From an uncultured virus (IMG/VR IMGVR_UViG_3300031787_000018) (Duplodnaviria; Heunggongvirae; Uroviricota; Caudoviricetes), in IMG/VR virus record IMGVR_UViG_3300031787_000018, positions 1 to 64,000 of that record: a stretch of 64,000 bases of DNA; one strand, written 5' to 3'. A model generated the notes under the pieces. The model was given only the letters and a program-made list of their open reading frames with translations. It was not told the DNA's origin and did not search any database. Positions within the stretch are counted from its first letter, which is position 1, and the number at the start of each line of letters is the position of its first letter. Shown one piece after another: positions 29,109 through 36,143 of this stretch. The translations under genes and the position numbers were made by a program.

Positions 29109-29957
29109 ATGATATTTATTACTATGAAATGGTATAAAAAAGATATTGAAACATTGATTGAATTAATTCGTCAAGGTAACACCTATGATGAAATAGGTGT
29201 TATAATGAAAAGAAGTAGATCTTCTATTAAAGCTAAATTATTAAAATTGGGTGAGACATATAGAAAGTATTCTGAAAACAATTATTATGAAAAGGTTAAT
29301 TGTAAAAATTGTGGTATAGAATTTAAATCTTTAATGTCTAATAAACAAAAATTTTGTAACCATACATGTGCTGCAAGTTATAATAATGTAATTAGAGGTA
29401 AAAGAAGTCAAGAAACAAAAAATAAAATAAGTAAATCATTAAAAAGTAAAAAAAAGGAGAAATATGATTTAAATCCTAAAAAATGTATGAAATGTGGTGA
29501 ACATATACCATATAGTAAATGGTGTAATTATAGAAAAAATTGTGACGAATGTAACATTATTATTCGTAAAAATATGGGTAGGATTTTAGGTCAAAAAACC
29601 TCACAAACCAAAATAAAAAGATCGAAAGACGAGATAAATTTATATGAGTTATGTAAGATGAGTTTTAACGATGTTGAACATAATAAAATAATAAGTTCTG
29701 GATGGGATGCTGATATTGTTATAAATGATTATAAAATACTTATACTATGGAATGGTCCTTGGCATTATAAACAGTTACCATTAAAAAACCATAGTTTAAA
29801 TCAAGTACAAACTAGAGATAAAATAAAACAAAAATTGTTTGAAAGTTTAGGTTGGAGAGTTATAATATTTGAAGATAGATATTACACACCATATACAGCT
29901 TTTGATTATTTAAAAAATATAATTCGGGATATATCTCCCCACTCTCATAAGGTGTAG
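29109..29957 (+). CDS. putative free-standing homing endonuclease (Zn-ribbon plus Vsr/DUF559-like nuclease)
   Basis: CxxC pairs; DADIVI...ILWNGPWHY...RDKIK...GWRVIIFED; lies inside a tRNA cluster. Confidence 0.7.
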   Translation: MIFITMKWYKKDIETLIELIRQGNTYDEIGVIMKRSRSSIKAKLLKLGETYRKYSENNYYEKVNCKNCGIEFKSLMSNKQKFCNHTCAASYNNVIRGKRSQETKNKISKSLKSKKKEKYDLNPKKCMKCGEHIPYSKWCNYRKNCDECNIIIRKNMGRILGQKTSQTKIKRSKDEINLYELCKMSFNDVEHNKIISSGWDADIVINDYKILILWNGPWHYKQLPLKNHSLNQVQTRDKIKQKLFESLGWRVIIFEDRYYTPYTAFDYLKNIIRDISPHSHKV

Positions 29958-30002
29958 AAAGAGTAATTGGCAACATGTGAGTTCAACTCTCACTATCCCG
30001 AC
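29924..30002 (+). tRNA. atypical tRNA-Met(CAT)-like element lacking a normal D-arm
   Basis: TCGGGAT/ATCCCGA acceptor; CACT-CTCATAA-GGTG; GTGAG-TTCAACT-CTCAC T-arm. Confidence 0.45.
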
Positions 30003-30047
30003 AAAATAATGGTTCGATCTGTTCAAATCAGATATACGGTACTATAT

Positions 30048-30121
30048 TCCGGTGATACTCTGAAGGTAAGGGTGCTCGCCTTGTAAGCGAGATTTAGTCG
30101 GTTCGATCCCGACCACCGGAT
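30048..30121 (+). tRNA. tRNA-Thr(TGT)
   Basis: TCCGGTG/CACCGGA; CTCGC-CTTGTAA-GCGAG. Confidence 0.85.
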
Positions 30122-30126
30122 CAAAA

Positions 30127-30197
30127 GCCCTGATGACGTAATGGTAGCGTACTAATTTTACATGTTAGCAGCAAAGGTTCAATTCCTTTTCAGGGCA
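30127..30197 (+). tRNA. tRNA-Val(TAC)
   Basis: GCCCTGA/TCAGGGC; CTAAT-TTTACAT-GTTAG. Confidence 0.85.
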
Positions 30198-30203
30198 CAA
30201 AAA

Positions 30204-30280
30204 GCCTTCGTGACGTAATTGGTAACCGTGTTAGTTTTAGAAACTAAATTTTGTGAGTTCAAATCTCACCGAAGGCACCA
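30204..30280 (+). tRNA. tRNA-Leu(TAG), short variable loop
   Basis: GCCTTCG/CGAAGGC-ACCA; TTAGT-TTTAGAA-ACTAA. Confidence 0.88.
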
Positions 30281-30328
30281 AAAATTTTGATAATAAATAA
30301 ACTTTTACTATATTTGTATCAACAAAAT

Positions 30329-30402
30329 GTTCCCATGGCGAAATTGGTAAACGCAACGAGTTTAAGCCTCGTATGTTCTCGGTTCAAATCCGGGTGGGAA
30401 TA
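30329..30402 (+). tRNA. tRNA-Leu(TAA), short variable loop
   Basis: GTTCCCA/TGGGAAT; ACGAG-TTTAAGC-CTCGT. Confidence 0.88.
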
Positions 30403-30405
30403 CAA

Positions 30406-30897
30406 AACATTGACGATATGGCGTGTAGGTGTAACTCGTTATAACACCGAGGGGAACATATGGTATACGAGAAACCATTGTGGTGTGTCTGAAGGGTCAA
30501 TGTTGATATGGGGTGAGAATCTTAGTTGGCCACTAAGAAAATATGGAAGGGTGTCGCGTTACCCAATCGGCTCAAATCCGATCCACTCCACTTTGGGTTA
30601 TTTTTTGACCAAAAAATAATGAGTAAGAGATACTCAAGAGTTGGGCTACTGGTCTATATCGCGTGGCAGTCTAGATGAGTGATGAGACTTTAAACTTCAC
30701 CCCTTGGGTTAAAGGAGAAACATCGAACTCCTCCATTGTACGGTTGACAGGTTTTTATGTGGTAAGACACTAATGTAAACTCATAGAATTACCGATTAGA
30801 GACAAAGGGCTCTTCTGCAGGTGTTATGAGATGGTTCTCGAAACAGTCAGAGAAACCCGTTAAAATCTAATCCTCAAAGTAATCTCATTTGGGGTAA
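30406..30897 (+). ncRNA. unidentified structured RNA region, including a tRNA-like element at 30509-30590
   Basis: GC-richer and gene-free; helices AACATTGAC/GTCAATGTT, TGGGGTG/CACTCCA, T-arm-like ATCGG-CTCAAAT-CCGAT. Confidence 0.5.
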
Positions 30898-30901
30898 AAA
30901 T

Positions 30902-31001
30902 AGTCAGGTGGCGTAATTGGTAACCGCTATAGGGTTGAGGCGTGCTAACTACCTATATAAATTGTTTTTAAACAATGCAGGTTCGAGTCCTGTCCTGACT
31001 A
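30902..31001 (+). ncRNA. tRNA-like RNA, AGTCAGG family copy 1
   Basis: AGTCAGG/CCTGACT acceptor, D-arm, GCAGGTTCGAGTCCTGT T-arm; extended non-canonical anticodon arm. Confidence 0.75.
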
Positions 31002-31016
31002 CAAAAATAAAGACAT

Positions 31017-31121
31017 ATGGAATATATATTAGGATTTTTAATTGGTATAAGTATTTTTATTATTTTTCATAAACCTATTATTAGAGCTTTAGAAAAATTA
31101 ATCGACATTATCCAAGAATAG
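31017..31121 (+). CDS. small membrane peptide (34 aa)
   Basis: MEYILGFLIGISIFIIFHKPIIRALEKLIDIIQE. Confidence 0.5.
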   Translation: MEYILGFLIGISIFIIFHKPIIRALEKLIDIIQE

Positions 31122-31220
31122 TCAGGTGGTGAAATTGGTAGCCACAGCATATAAGACCATGGGCGTTGTGTTGAAACCTACTGGGGATTAGATTTACAGG
31201 TTCGAGTCCTGTCCTGACTA
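31120..31220 (+). ncRNA. tRNA-like RNA, AGTCAGG family copy 2
   Basis: same acceptor and near-identical T-arm as copy 1; different interior. Confidence 0.75.
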
Positions 31221-31223
31221 CAC

Positions 31224-31440
31224 GAGTCGAGTTGTGTTCGACTAATGTGCTCCCGCATGATGGAAGTGGTGTCACACCCACAGGGACCTGAGCCGATTAC
31301 TTGAATCTAAGTCGGTTGGTTGGTGTACCAGTAACAGGAGGAAGTTAACACACAAGTCCTAACCCCTCACGTAAGTGGGTTGCCGCTGAAGCCTCGAGAA
31401 GCTATTCGGTATTGGGGACAGTCAGAAATGATTGGGCGAA
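31224..31440 (+). ncRNA. unidentified structured RNA
   Basis: GC-rich non-coding stretch; hairpins AGTCGA/TCGACT, GCCGATT/AGTCGGT, CTCAC-GTAA-GTGGG, CAGTCA-GAAA-TGATTG. Confidence 0.45.
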
Positions 31441-31446
31441 AATTAT

Positions 31447-31521
31447 AGTCAGGTGGTAGAATTGTGATTACACCTTGGGACGAATGTCTAGGAGATACAG
31501 GTTCGAATCCTGTCCTGACTA
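31447..31521 (+). ncRNA. tRNA-like RNA, AGTCAGG family copy 3
   Basis: same acceptor and near-identical T-arm; anticodon arm closed by a 4-nt GAAT loop. Confidence 0.75.
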
Positions 31522-31554
31522 CAAGATATTTATAAAAGAGATAGGAGGGATTAC

Positions 31555-32037
31555 ATGGTACTAATACTTAACGCTGACTACACACCATTAACTGTGGCTA
31601 ACTTTAAAAGAGCCTACAGATTAGTGTATAAAGGTAAGGCAGAAATAGTGGTTTCTCATGGTAAAGTTGATGCTGGTATAATATTGGATAAGCCTTCCAT
31701 AATTAGATTAATTAAATATGTTTACTTTCCATATAAAAAAGTAACCTTATCAAGGTATAACATTTATAGAAGGGATGAACATAAGTGTTTATATTGTGGA
31801 TCCAAAGATAATTTAACGTTAGACCATGTTATACCAAGAAGTAAGGGTGGGCCAAACAGTTGGACAAACTTGGTGACATGTTGTATGAGATGTAATATGT
31901 TAAAGGGTGATAGAACACCTGATGAGGCAGGAATGGTATTATCACATAAACCATTTACACCTAATTATTTATATTTTATAAACAAAATGCATAAAATACA
32001 TGAAGAATGGAAACCTTATTTAATGGATGATAAATAA
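31555..32037 (+). CDS. HNH endonuclease (McrA-like)
   Basis: IYRRDEHKCLYCG...LTLDHVIPRSKGG..SWTNLVTCCMRCNMLKG. Confidence 0.92.
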   Translation: MVLILNADYTPLTVANFKRAYRLVYKGKAEIVVSHGKVDAGIILDKPSIIRLIKYVYFPYKKVTLSRYNIYRRDEHKCLYCGSKDNLTLDHVIPRSKGGPNSWTNLVTCCMRCNMLKGDRTPDEAGMVLSHKPFTPNYLYFINKMHKIHEEWKPYLMDDK

Positions 32038-32225
32038 TGGAAGGAAAAGAATTTAAATTTGTTGAGGGTATAGATTATTACCTAGATAAAGGTAGTATTG
32101 TACTTACTGAAGAATATTTAACACGTAGAAAAAAATGCTGTGGCTCTGGTTGCCGACATTGTCCATTTTGGCCTAGACATACTAAAGGTAATACAGAGTT
32201 AAGAGAAAAACCTAAAGAAAATTAA
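32037..32225 (+). CDS. small Cys-rich protein (DUF5522-like)
   Basis: VLTEEYLTRRKKCCGSGCRHCPF. Confidence 0.75.
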   Translation: MEGKEFKFVEGIDYYLDKGSIVLTEEYLTRRKKCCGSGCRHCPFWPRHTKGNTELREKPKEN

Positions 32226-32275
32226 AAAATACTTGACAGGAGATAAAAATTAATATATAATTGTATCATTAATAT

Positions 32276-32347
32276 CGCGATGAGGGTGTTGGTTCCCCAC
32301 CGGTCTCATAAACCAGGTCCACGGCCGTTCGATTCGGCCCGTCGCCA
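32276..32347 (+). tRNA. tRNA-Met(CAT), initiator-like
   Basis: C1 mismatch in CGCGATG/CGTCGCC; loop CTCATAA; own TTGACA promoter (32233) and terminator, no leader peptide. Confidence 0.75.
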
Positions 32348-32444
32348 CTAAGTCCCCTATAGTATTATAGGGGATTTTTTTTAACATTAAAGACAACTTG
32401 ACAAATTTAACAATCATAACGATATTTATATAAAAAGATATACC

Positions 32445-33023
32445 ATGAGAAATTTTAACGAAGACGATTTTAACAATGAATTTGGTGATGACTTTTTTGG
32501 TCGTTGGGAACGATTTAATGAACGTATGAAAAACGATAGAGATTTTAGACGTGAAATTAATAGATTCCAAAAAGATTTTGAAGAAATGATGCGTATGATG
32601 TCTAAAAATAAAAAAAATGGCATAAATTTATTTGGTTTAAATGATGATATGAGGTTTATACCTTTAAACGATTTTAGGACAAATAATTTTGATGGAATGG
32701 ATATTCCTGAAGATGAAATGGATATTGAAAAAGGTGAGGATGAAAATGGTGAATGGGAAAAAAGAAATTGGGCATCACCTGACGGTTCTGTTTCTTATAC
32801 TTCTTTCACACGTTCATCAGGTATTGAGGATTTTGGTGATAAAATATTTGATAGAGATAAAAACAGAAATATTTTTGACCCTGAAAAAGAAAAATATTTA
32901 AAGTTGGCTAAATTAAAAAAGGCTTTGGATTATTGTGTTGAACAAGAAAAGTATGAAAAAGCCGCTGAACTTAAAAAAGAAATTGATAAAATAACAGCTT
33001 CTTTAAAAAAGAAAGAGGAATAA
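32445..33023 (+). CDS. hypothetical protein with C-terminal UVR (UvrB/C) motif
   Basis: LKKALDYCVEQEKYEKAAELKKEI. Confidence 0.75.
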   Translation: MRNFNEDDFNNEFGDDFFGRWERFNERMKNDRDFRREINRFQKDFEEMMRMMSKNKKNGINLFGLNDDMRFIPLNDFRTNNFDGMDIPEDEMDIEKGEDENGEWEKRNWASPDGSVSYTSFTRSSGIEDFGDKIFDRDKNRNIFDPEKEKYLKLAKLKKALDYCVEQEKYEKAAELKKEIDKITASLKKKEE

Positions 33024-33092
33024 AAACTATAAGTAATATTTTTTTACTGTTTTTTCTTATAGTTAATTTTAAATAATCATACATGGACAGTA

Positions 33093-33323
33093 GTGATGAA
33101 CCGTATAAACAAAGAAAGACTCGCAACCATAAGCTTAATTTTGGCAATGTTCTTCAACCCTCTAGGGTTCGACGCACTATTCAACGCTGTAATGACATTG
33201 ACAGGTTCTTATTGGATTACGGATATAATATTTTACCTTATATCACTATCGTTTCTTGGGTTATATTTCTTATTACAAGGTATTAACCCAATAAAACACG
33301 TAAAAGAAAAAATAAAAAAATAA
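33093..33323 (+). CDS. small membrane protein
   Basis: two hydrophobic helices; FFNPLGFDALF. Confidence 0.6.
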   Translation: MMNRINKERLATISLILAMFFNPLGFDALFNAVMTLTGSYWITDIIFYLISLSFLGLYFLLQGINPIKHVKEKIKK

Positions 33324-33335
33324 TTTAAAAAATAG

Positions 33336-33382
33336 TTGACAAGTAATAAACTTTTACTATCTTTGTATCATATTTATTAACA
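33336..33382 (+). promoter_or_regulatory. promoter of tRNA cluster 3 (identical to 28594-28640)
   Basis: exact 47-nt repeat containing TTGACA, TATCTTTG and ATATTTAT. Confidence 0.8.
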
Positions 33383-33400
33383 AACAAAACAATTAAAGAA

Positions 33401-33496
33401 ATGAAAAATTGGCATAACATATCGAGTATACATAGTAATCGAATTAATAGTTCGGTGTACACATGGTGTGTTTTGTCCAATCAAGATAATACTTAA
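33401..33496 (+). CDS. attenuator leader peptide 3 (Ser/His/Asn/Ile/Trp/Arg sensor), MKNWHNISSIHSNRINSSVYTWCVLSNQDNT
   Basis: 16 consecutive codons from the downstream tRNA set; antiterminator TGGTGTGTTTT 33464-33474. Confidence 0.87.
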   Translation: MKNWHNISSIHSNRINSSVYTWCVLSNQDNT

Positions 33497-33521
33497 TGGG
33501 AATTAAGTTTTTTGTACAAGG

Positions 33522-33556
33522 AAAACCCACCACATGAAAATGTCGGTGGGTTTTTT
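33522..33556 (+). terminator. attenuator terminator 3
   Basis: AAAACCCACC-ACAT-GAAA-ATGT-C-GGTGGGTTTT+TT. Confidence 0.85.
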
Positions 33557-33584
33557 GTTATTTGACATATTGGTAAATTAAAAT

Positions 33585-33673
33585 GGAGAGTTAAGCAGAT
33601 GCATTGGAGCGTCGACCAGCTTTGAAACCTGGGTCTCGTTAAGTCGGGTGGGGGTCGGGTCCTCAGCTCTCCG
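33585..33673 (+). tRNA. tRNA-Ser(TGA)
   Basis: GGAGAGT/GCTCTCC-G; loop TTTGAAA; long variable arm; atypical T-loop. Confidence 0.75.
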
Positions 33674-33679
33674 CAAAAT

Positions 33680-33768
33680 GGTGTTAGAGTCGGATATTGG
33701 TTAGCCGAGCTTGTCTGTGAAACAAGTGTTCTTTAGTGAACGTGCGGGTTCAATCCCCGTCTATCACC
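33680..33768 (+). tRNA. tRNA-His(GTG) with long variable arm
   Basis: G-1:C73; CTTGT-CTGTGAA-ACAAG. Confidence 0.85.
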
Positions 33769-33775
33769 CAAATAC

Positions 33776-33850
33776 GGGTCTGTAGTACTAATTGGATAAA
33801 ACTTTCGGCTGTTAACCGAGATGATGTGAGTTCGAGTCTCACTGGACCCG
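33776..33850 (+). tRNA. tRNA-Asn(GTT) 1
   Basis: GGGTCTG/TGGACCC; TTCGG-CTGTTAA-CCGAG. Confidence 0.85.
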
Positions 33851-33857
33851 CTGATTT

Positions 33858-33933
33858 GGACTGTAAGCTGACAAGGGGTAGCTGTGGCCTGTTAAGCCAA
33901 GGGTGGTGGGTTCGATTCCCACACAGTCCGCCA
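33858..33933 (+). tRNA. tRNA-Asn(GTT) 2
   Basis: GGACTGT/ACAGTCC-GCCA; TGGC-CTGTTAA-GCCA. Confidence 0.85.
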
Positions 33934-33936
33934 AAC

Positions 33937-34008
33937 GGGGGTATAGCTCAGTGGTAGAGCAGAGAGCTGTTAACTCTAAGGTCGTAGGTTCAATCCCTTC
34001 TACCCCCG
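33937..34008 (+). tRNA. tRNA-Asn(GTT) 3
   Basis: GGGGGTA/TACCCCC; canonical D-arm; AGAG-CTGTTAA-CTCT. Confidence 0.9.
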
Positions 34009-34015
34009 CAAATAT

Positions 34016-34088
34016 AGTATCGTGTCTGAACGGTTTAGGAACTATCCTGATAAGATAGGAAAAGTGGGTTCAACTCCCACCGATACTA
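34016..34088 (+). tRNA. tRNA-Ile(GAT)
   Basis: AGTATCG/CGATACT; CTATC-CTGATAA-GATAG. Confidence 0.88.
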
Positions 34089-34095
34089 CTAAAAT

Positions 34096-34169
34096 ACATC
34101 TGAGACCATATAGGAATTGGTACTGGCTTCCAAACCCAGTTGTTGCAGGTTCGAATCCTGTCAGATGTG
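34096..34169 (+). tRNA. tRNA-Trp(CCA)
   Basis: ACATCTG/CAGATGT-G; anticodon loop TTCCAAA. Confidence 0.85.
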
Positions 34170-34174
34170 CAAAA

Positions 34175-34264
34175 GGAAGATAGGTAAATATTGGTTTGTT
34201 ACAGCATCCTGCTAAGATGTCCCGGGTAATACCGGTGAGGGTTCAATTCCCTTGTCTTCCGCCA
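34175..34264 (+). tRNA. tRNA-Ser(GCT)
   Basis: GGAAGAT/GTCTTCC-GCCA; GCATC-CTGCTAA-GATGT; long variable arm. Confidence 0.9.
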
Positions 34265-34267
34265 AAT

Positions 34268-34355
34268 GGAGAGTTAAGGAAGGGAGTGGTTCCCTCGCTT
34301 GTTTGGAAAACAAGAACCCATTAAGTTGGGCACAGTTCGACTCTGTATCTCTCCG
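34268..34355 (+). tRNA. tRNA-Ser(GGA)
   Basis: GGAGAG/CTCTCC-G; CTTGT-TTGGAAA-ACAAG; long variable arm. Confidence 0.85.
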
Positions 34356-34365
34356 CTAATAACAT

Positions 34366-34437
34366 GGGCGTGTCATATAAGGGTTATTATGCGAAGCTTA
34401 TACCTTCGTCAAGGTGGCTCAACTCCACCCACGCCTA
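34366..34437 (+). tRNA. tRNA-Ile(TAT)
   Basis: GGGCGTG/CACGCCT-A; CGAAG-CTTATAC-CTTCG. Confidence 0.8.
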
Positions 34438-34442
34438 CAAAT

Positions 34443-34517
34443 GGTTCCATAGTGTAATTGGATAACACGCAAAGCTACGAACTTTGAGACTTGAGGGTTC
34501 AAATCCTTCTGGAACTA
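34443..34517 (+). tRNA. tRNA-Arg(ACG)
   Basis: GGTTCCA/TGGAACT; CAAAG-CTACGAA-CTTTG. Confidence 0.9.
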
Positions 34518-34522
34518 CTAAC

Positions 34523-34548
34523 AAACCCACCCCATGGTGGGTTTTTTT
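34523..34548 (+). terminator. terminator ending tRNA cluster 3
   Basis: AAACCCACC-CCAT-GGTGGGTTT followed by T-run. Confidence 0.85.
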
Positions 34549-34584
34549 ATTTACATATGCCCCTAGTTTAAGTATAATTTATAT

Positions 34585-35103
34585 ATGATTAAAAATAGTA
34601 TTCCTGAACATAGAATGGGTGTACATGTTTCTGTACCGATAGAAGATATTAGACAGAACATGGATTTTGGTAATATAATCCAACCTAGATGGTTATTAAC
34701 AATACCACACAATCATGGTTTATATCAGTATTTAGTAAAAACAGATGGTCCATCAGTGGTAACAGTTGGTAATATTGATTTTGGTGTACCAAGATTGGAA
34801 TGGCAACCATTAAAATTAACCGTTGTAAGATGTGATGATTATGACACCACAAATACTATAACTTATACCAGTGGTACAATTACATTAGGTGATAGTCCTT
34901 TAGATGTAATCAGAAATTGGATGATGAGTTATGAAAAGAAAAATATTAGGTTGGAAAAAATAAACCATAATGGTTTATGGCATGAAAGGTTTGATATAAG
35001 AGGTTCATTTATAACAGAAATGAATCATGAGGTAATTATGGATAGGGAGATCAGTCAAATGGAGATAACAATAAATTTTGACCATTTACAGTATATATTA
35101 TGA
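34585..35103 (+). CDS. divergent T4 gp19-like tail tube paralog
   Basis: EWQPLKLTV...IRNWM...EKKNIRLEK...ERFDIRGSFITE...EITINFD pattern. Confidence 0.55.
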   Translation: MIKNSIPEHRMGVHVSVPIEDIRQNMDFGNIIQPRWLLTIPHNHGLYQYLVKTDGPSVVTVGNIDFGVPRLEWQPLKLTVVRCDDYDTTNTITYTSGTITLGDSPLDVIRNWMMSYEKKNIRLEKINHNGLWHERFDIRGSFITEMNHEVIMDREISQMEITINFDHLQYIL

Positions 35104-35570
35104 AAGAAAAAATTATGAGCAAGGTGTTGAAAAAGATAATAAAAGAATCGTTATTGTTAGAATCTATAGATATTTTTGATATAAATAACATACCTTGTGA
35201 GTTTAATATACATACTGAAAATAATAATAACATAACAGTAATATTCACACCAAATTCAGAAGACTTTTACCAATTAAGTATTGAAATAAAAGATGACGGT
35301 TGTTATTATGTTATATTCGGTGTTATTATTGATGATGTAGTTAGAACATCTTTGACTTTAAATAGTGATTACAGACTTAAAGTTTTATCTACTGTGTTCT
35401 CTTTAATTAAATACTATACAGATAAGTATAACGTTGAATGTTTGGAAATGGATATAGATGATGAAATGAGATTAAAATTATATAATCTTTATTTTAGTAA
35501 ACATTTTAAAAATTTCCAAGTAGATAAGTTAGGTAACAAAGTGAGATTAGTAAAAAATGATAAACTTTAA
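35100..35570 (+). CDS. hypothetical protein with LKKIIKE motif
   Basis: 156-aa ORF. Confidence 0.65.
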   Translation: MKEKIMSKVLKKIIKESLLLESIDIFDINNIPCEFNIHTENNNNITVIFTPNSEDFYQLSIEIKDDGCYYVIFGVIIDDVVRTSLTLNSDYRLKVLSTVFSLIKYYTDKYNVECLEMDIDDEMRLKLYNLYFSKHFKNFQVDKLGNKVRLVKNDKL

Positions 35571-35874
35571 TCAATATTTTAAAGAAATTGTTAGACCAAT
35601 AATTGGTGGGGATATGATAAAGGATGTTATATTGGTTAATAACGCTAAAATTAAAAATATAACAATAACGGAAGAAATTGAGTTACAAAAAAATAGTGTA
35701 GGTATTGATTTAATTGAGGATTGGACTTTTGATTTTATAGACCTTATTCAAAAAATAGAAAAAGATTATGGAATCACAATAAAAGATGATGAATATTGTT
35801 GTGATAATAACGGTTATTTCACTGTTAAAACTTTTGATGAATTAAATGATATTATAAAAAATAAAACATTATGA
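35557..35874 (+). CDS. acyl-carrier-protein-like protein lacking the DSL serine
   Basis: DFIDLIQKIEKDYGITIKDDE...VKTFDELNDII. Confidence 0.4.
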   Translation: MINFNQYFKEIVRPIIGGDMIKDVILVNNAKIKNITITEEIELQKNSVGIDLIEDWTFDFIDLIQKIEKDYGITIKDDEYCCDNNGYFTVKTFDELNDIIKNKTL

Positions 35875-36143
35875 AAGAAAAAATTATGAGCAAGGTTTTT
35901 ATAACCTTATTGGTTGTATGGGTGTTTTCGGCAGTTTATTTGTCGATTAATTCAATTTTTGGTATCTTTATGGATACAAATCCAAATATATCTAAAGCCA
36001 TATTAGGTTTTAGTTTTTTAGGTATGGTTGGTTCTGGTATCGTTAACAAATTTATTGGTAACGATTTAAATAAAATCGGTGAAGATTTAAAACAAAAAGG
36101 TTGTAAAACTTGTAAACAAAAGAATAAGAATGGGAATGTTTGA
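35871..36143 (+). CDS. small membrane protein
   Basis: two TM helices; C-terminal GCKTCK. Confidence 0.65.
   Translation: MKEKIMSKVFITLLVVWVFSAVYLSINSIFGIFMDTNPNISKAILGFSFLGMVGSGIVNKFIGNDLNKIGEDLKQKGCKTCKQKNKNGNV

Noticed and set aside
30287..30619. ORF-track proteins at 30287..30619, 33736..33957, 37021..37233, 36815..37090, 36843..37100 and 32250..32570
   Set aside because: They overlap tRNAs or structured RNAs and are explained by locally higher GC content.
30600..31440. RNase P RNA or group I intron
   Set aside because: I could not find the GAGGAAAGUCC/P4 signature or group I P7 core motifs by eye; left unassigned.
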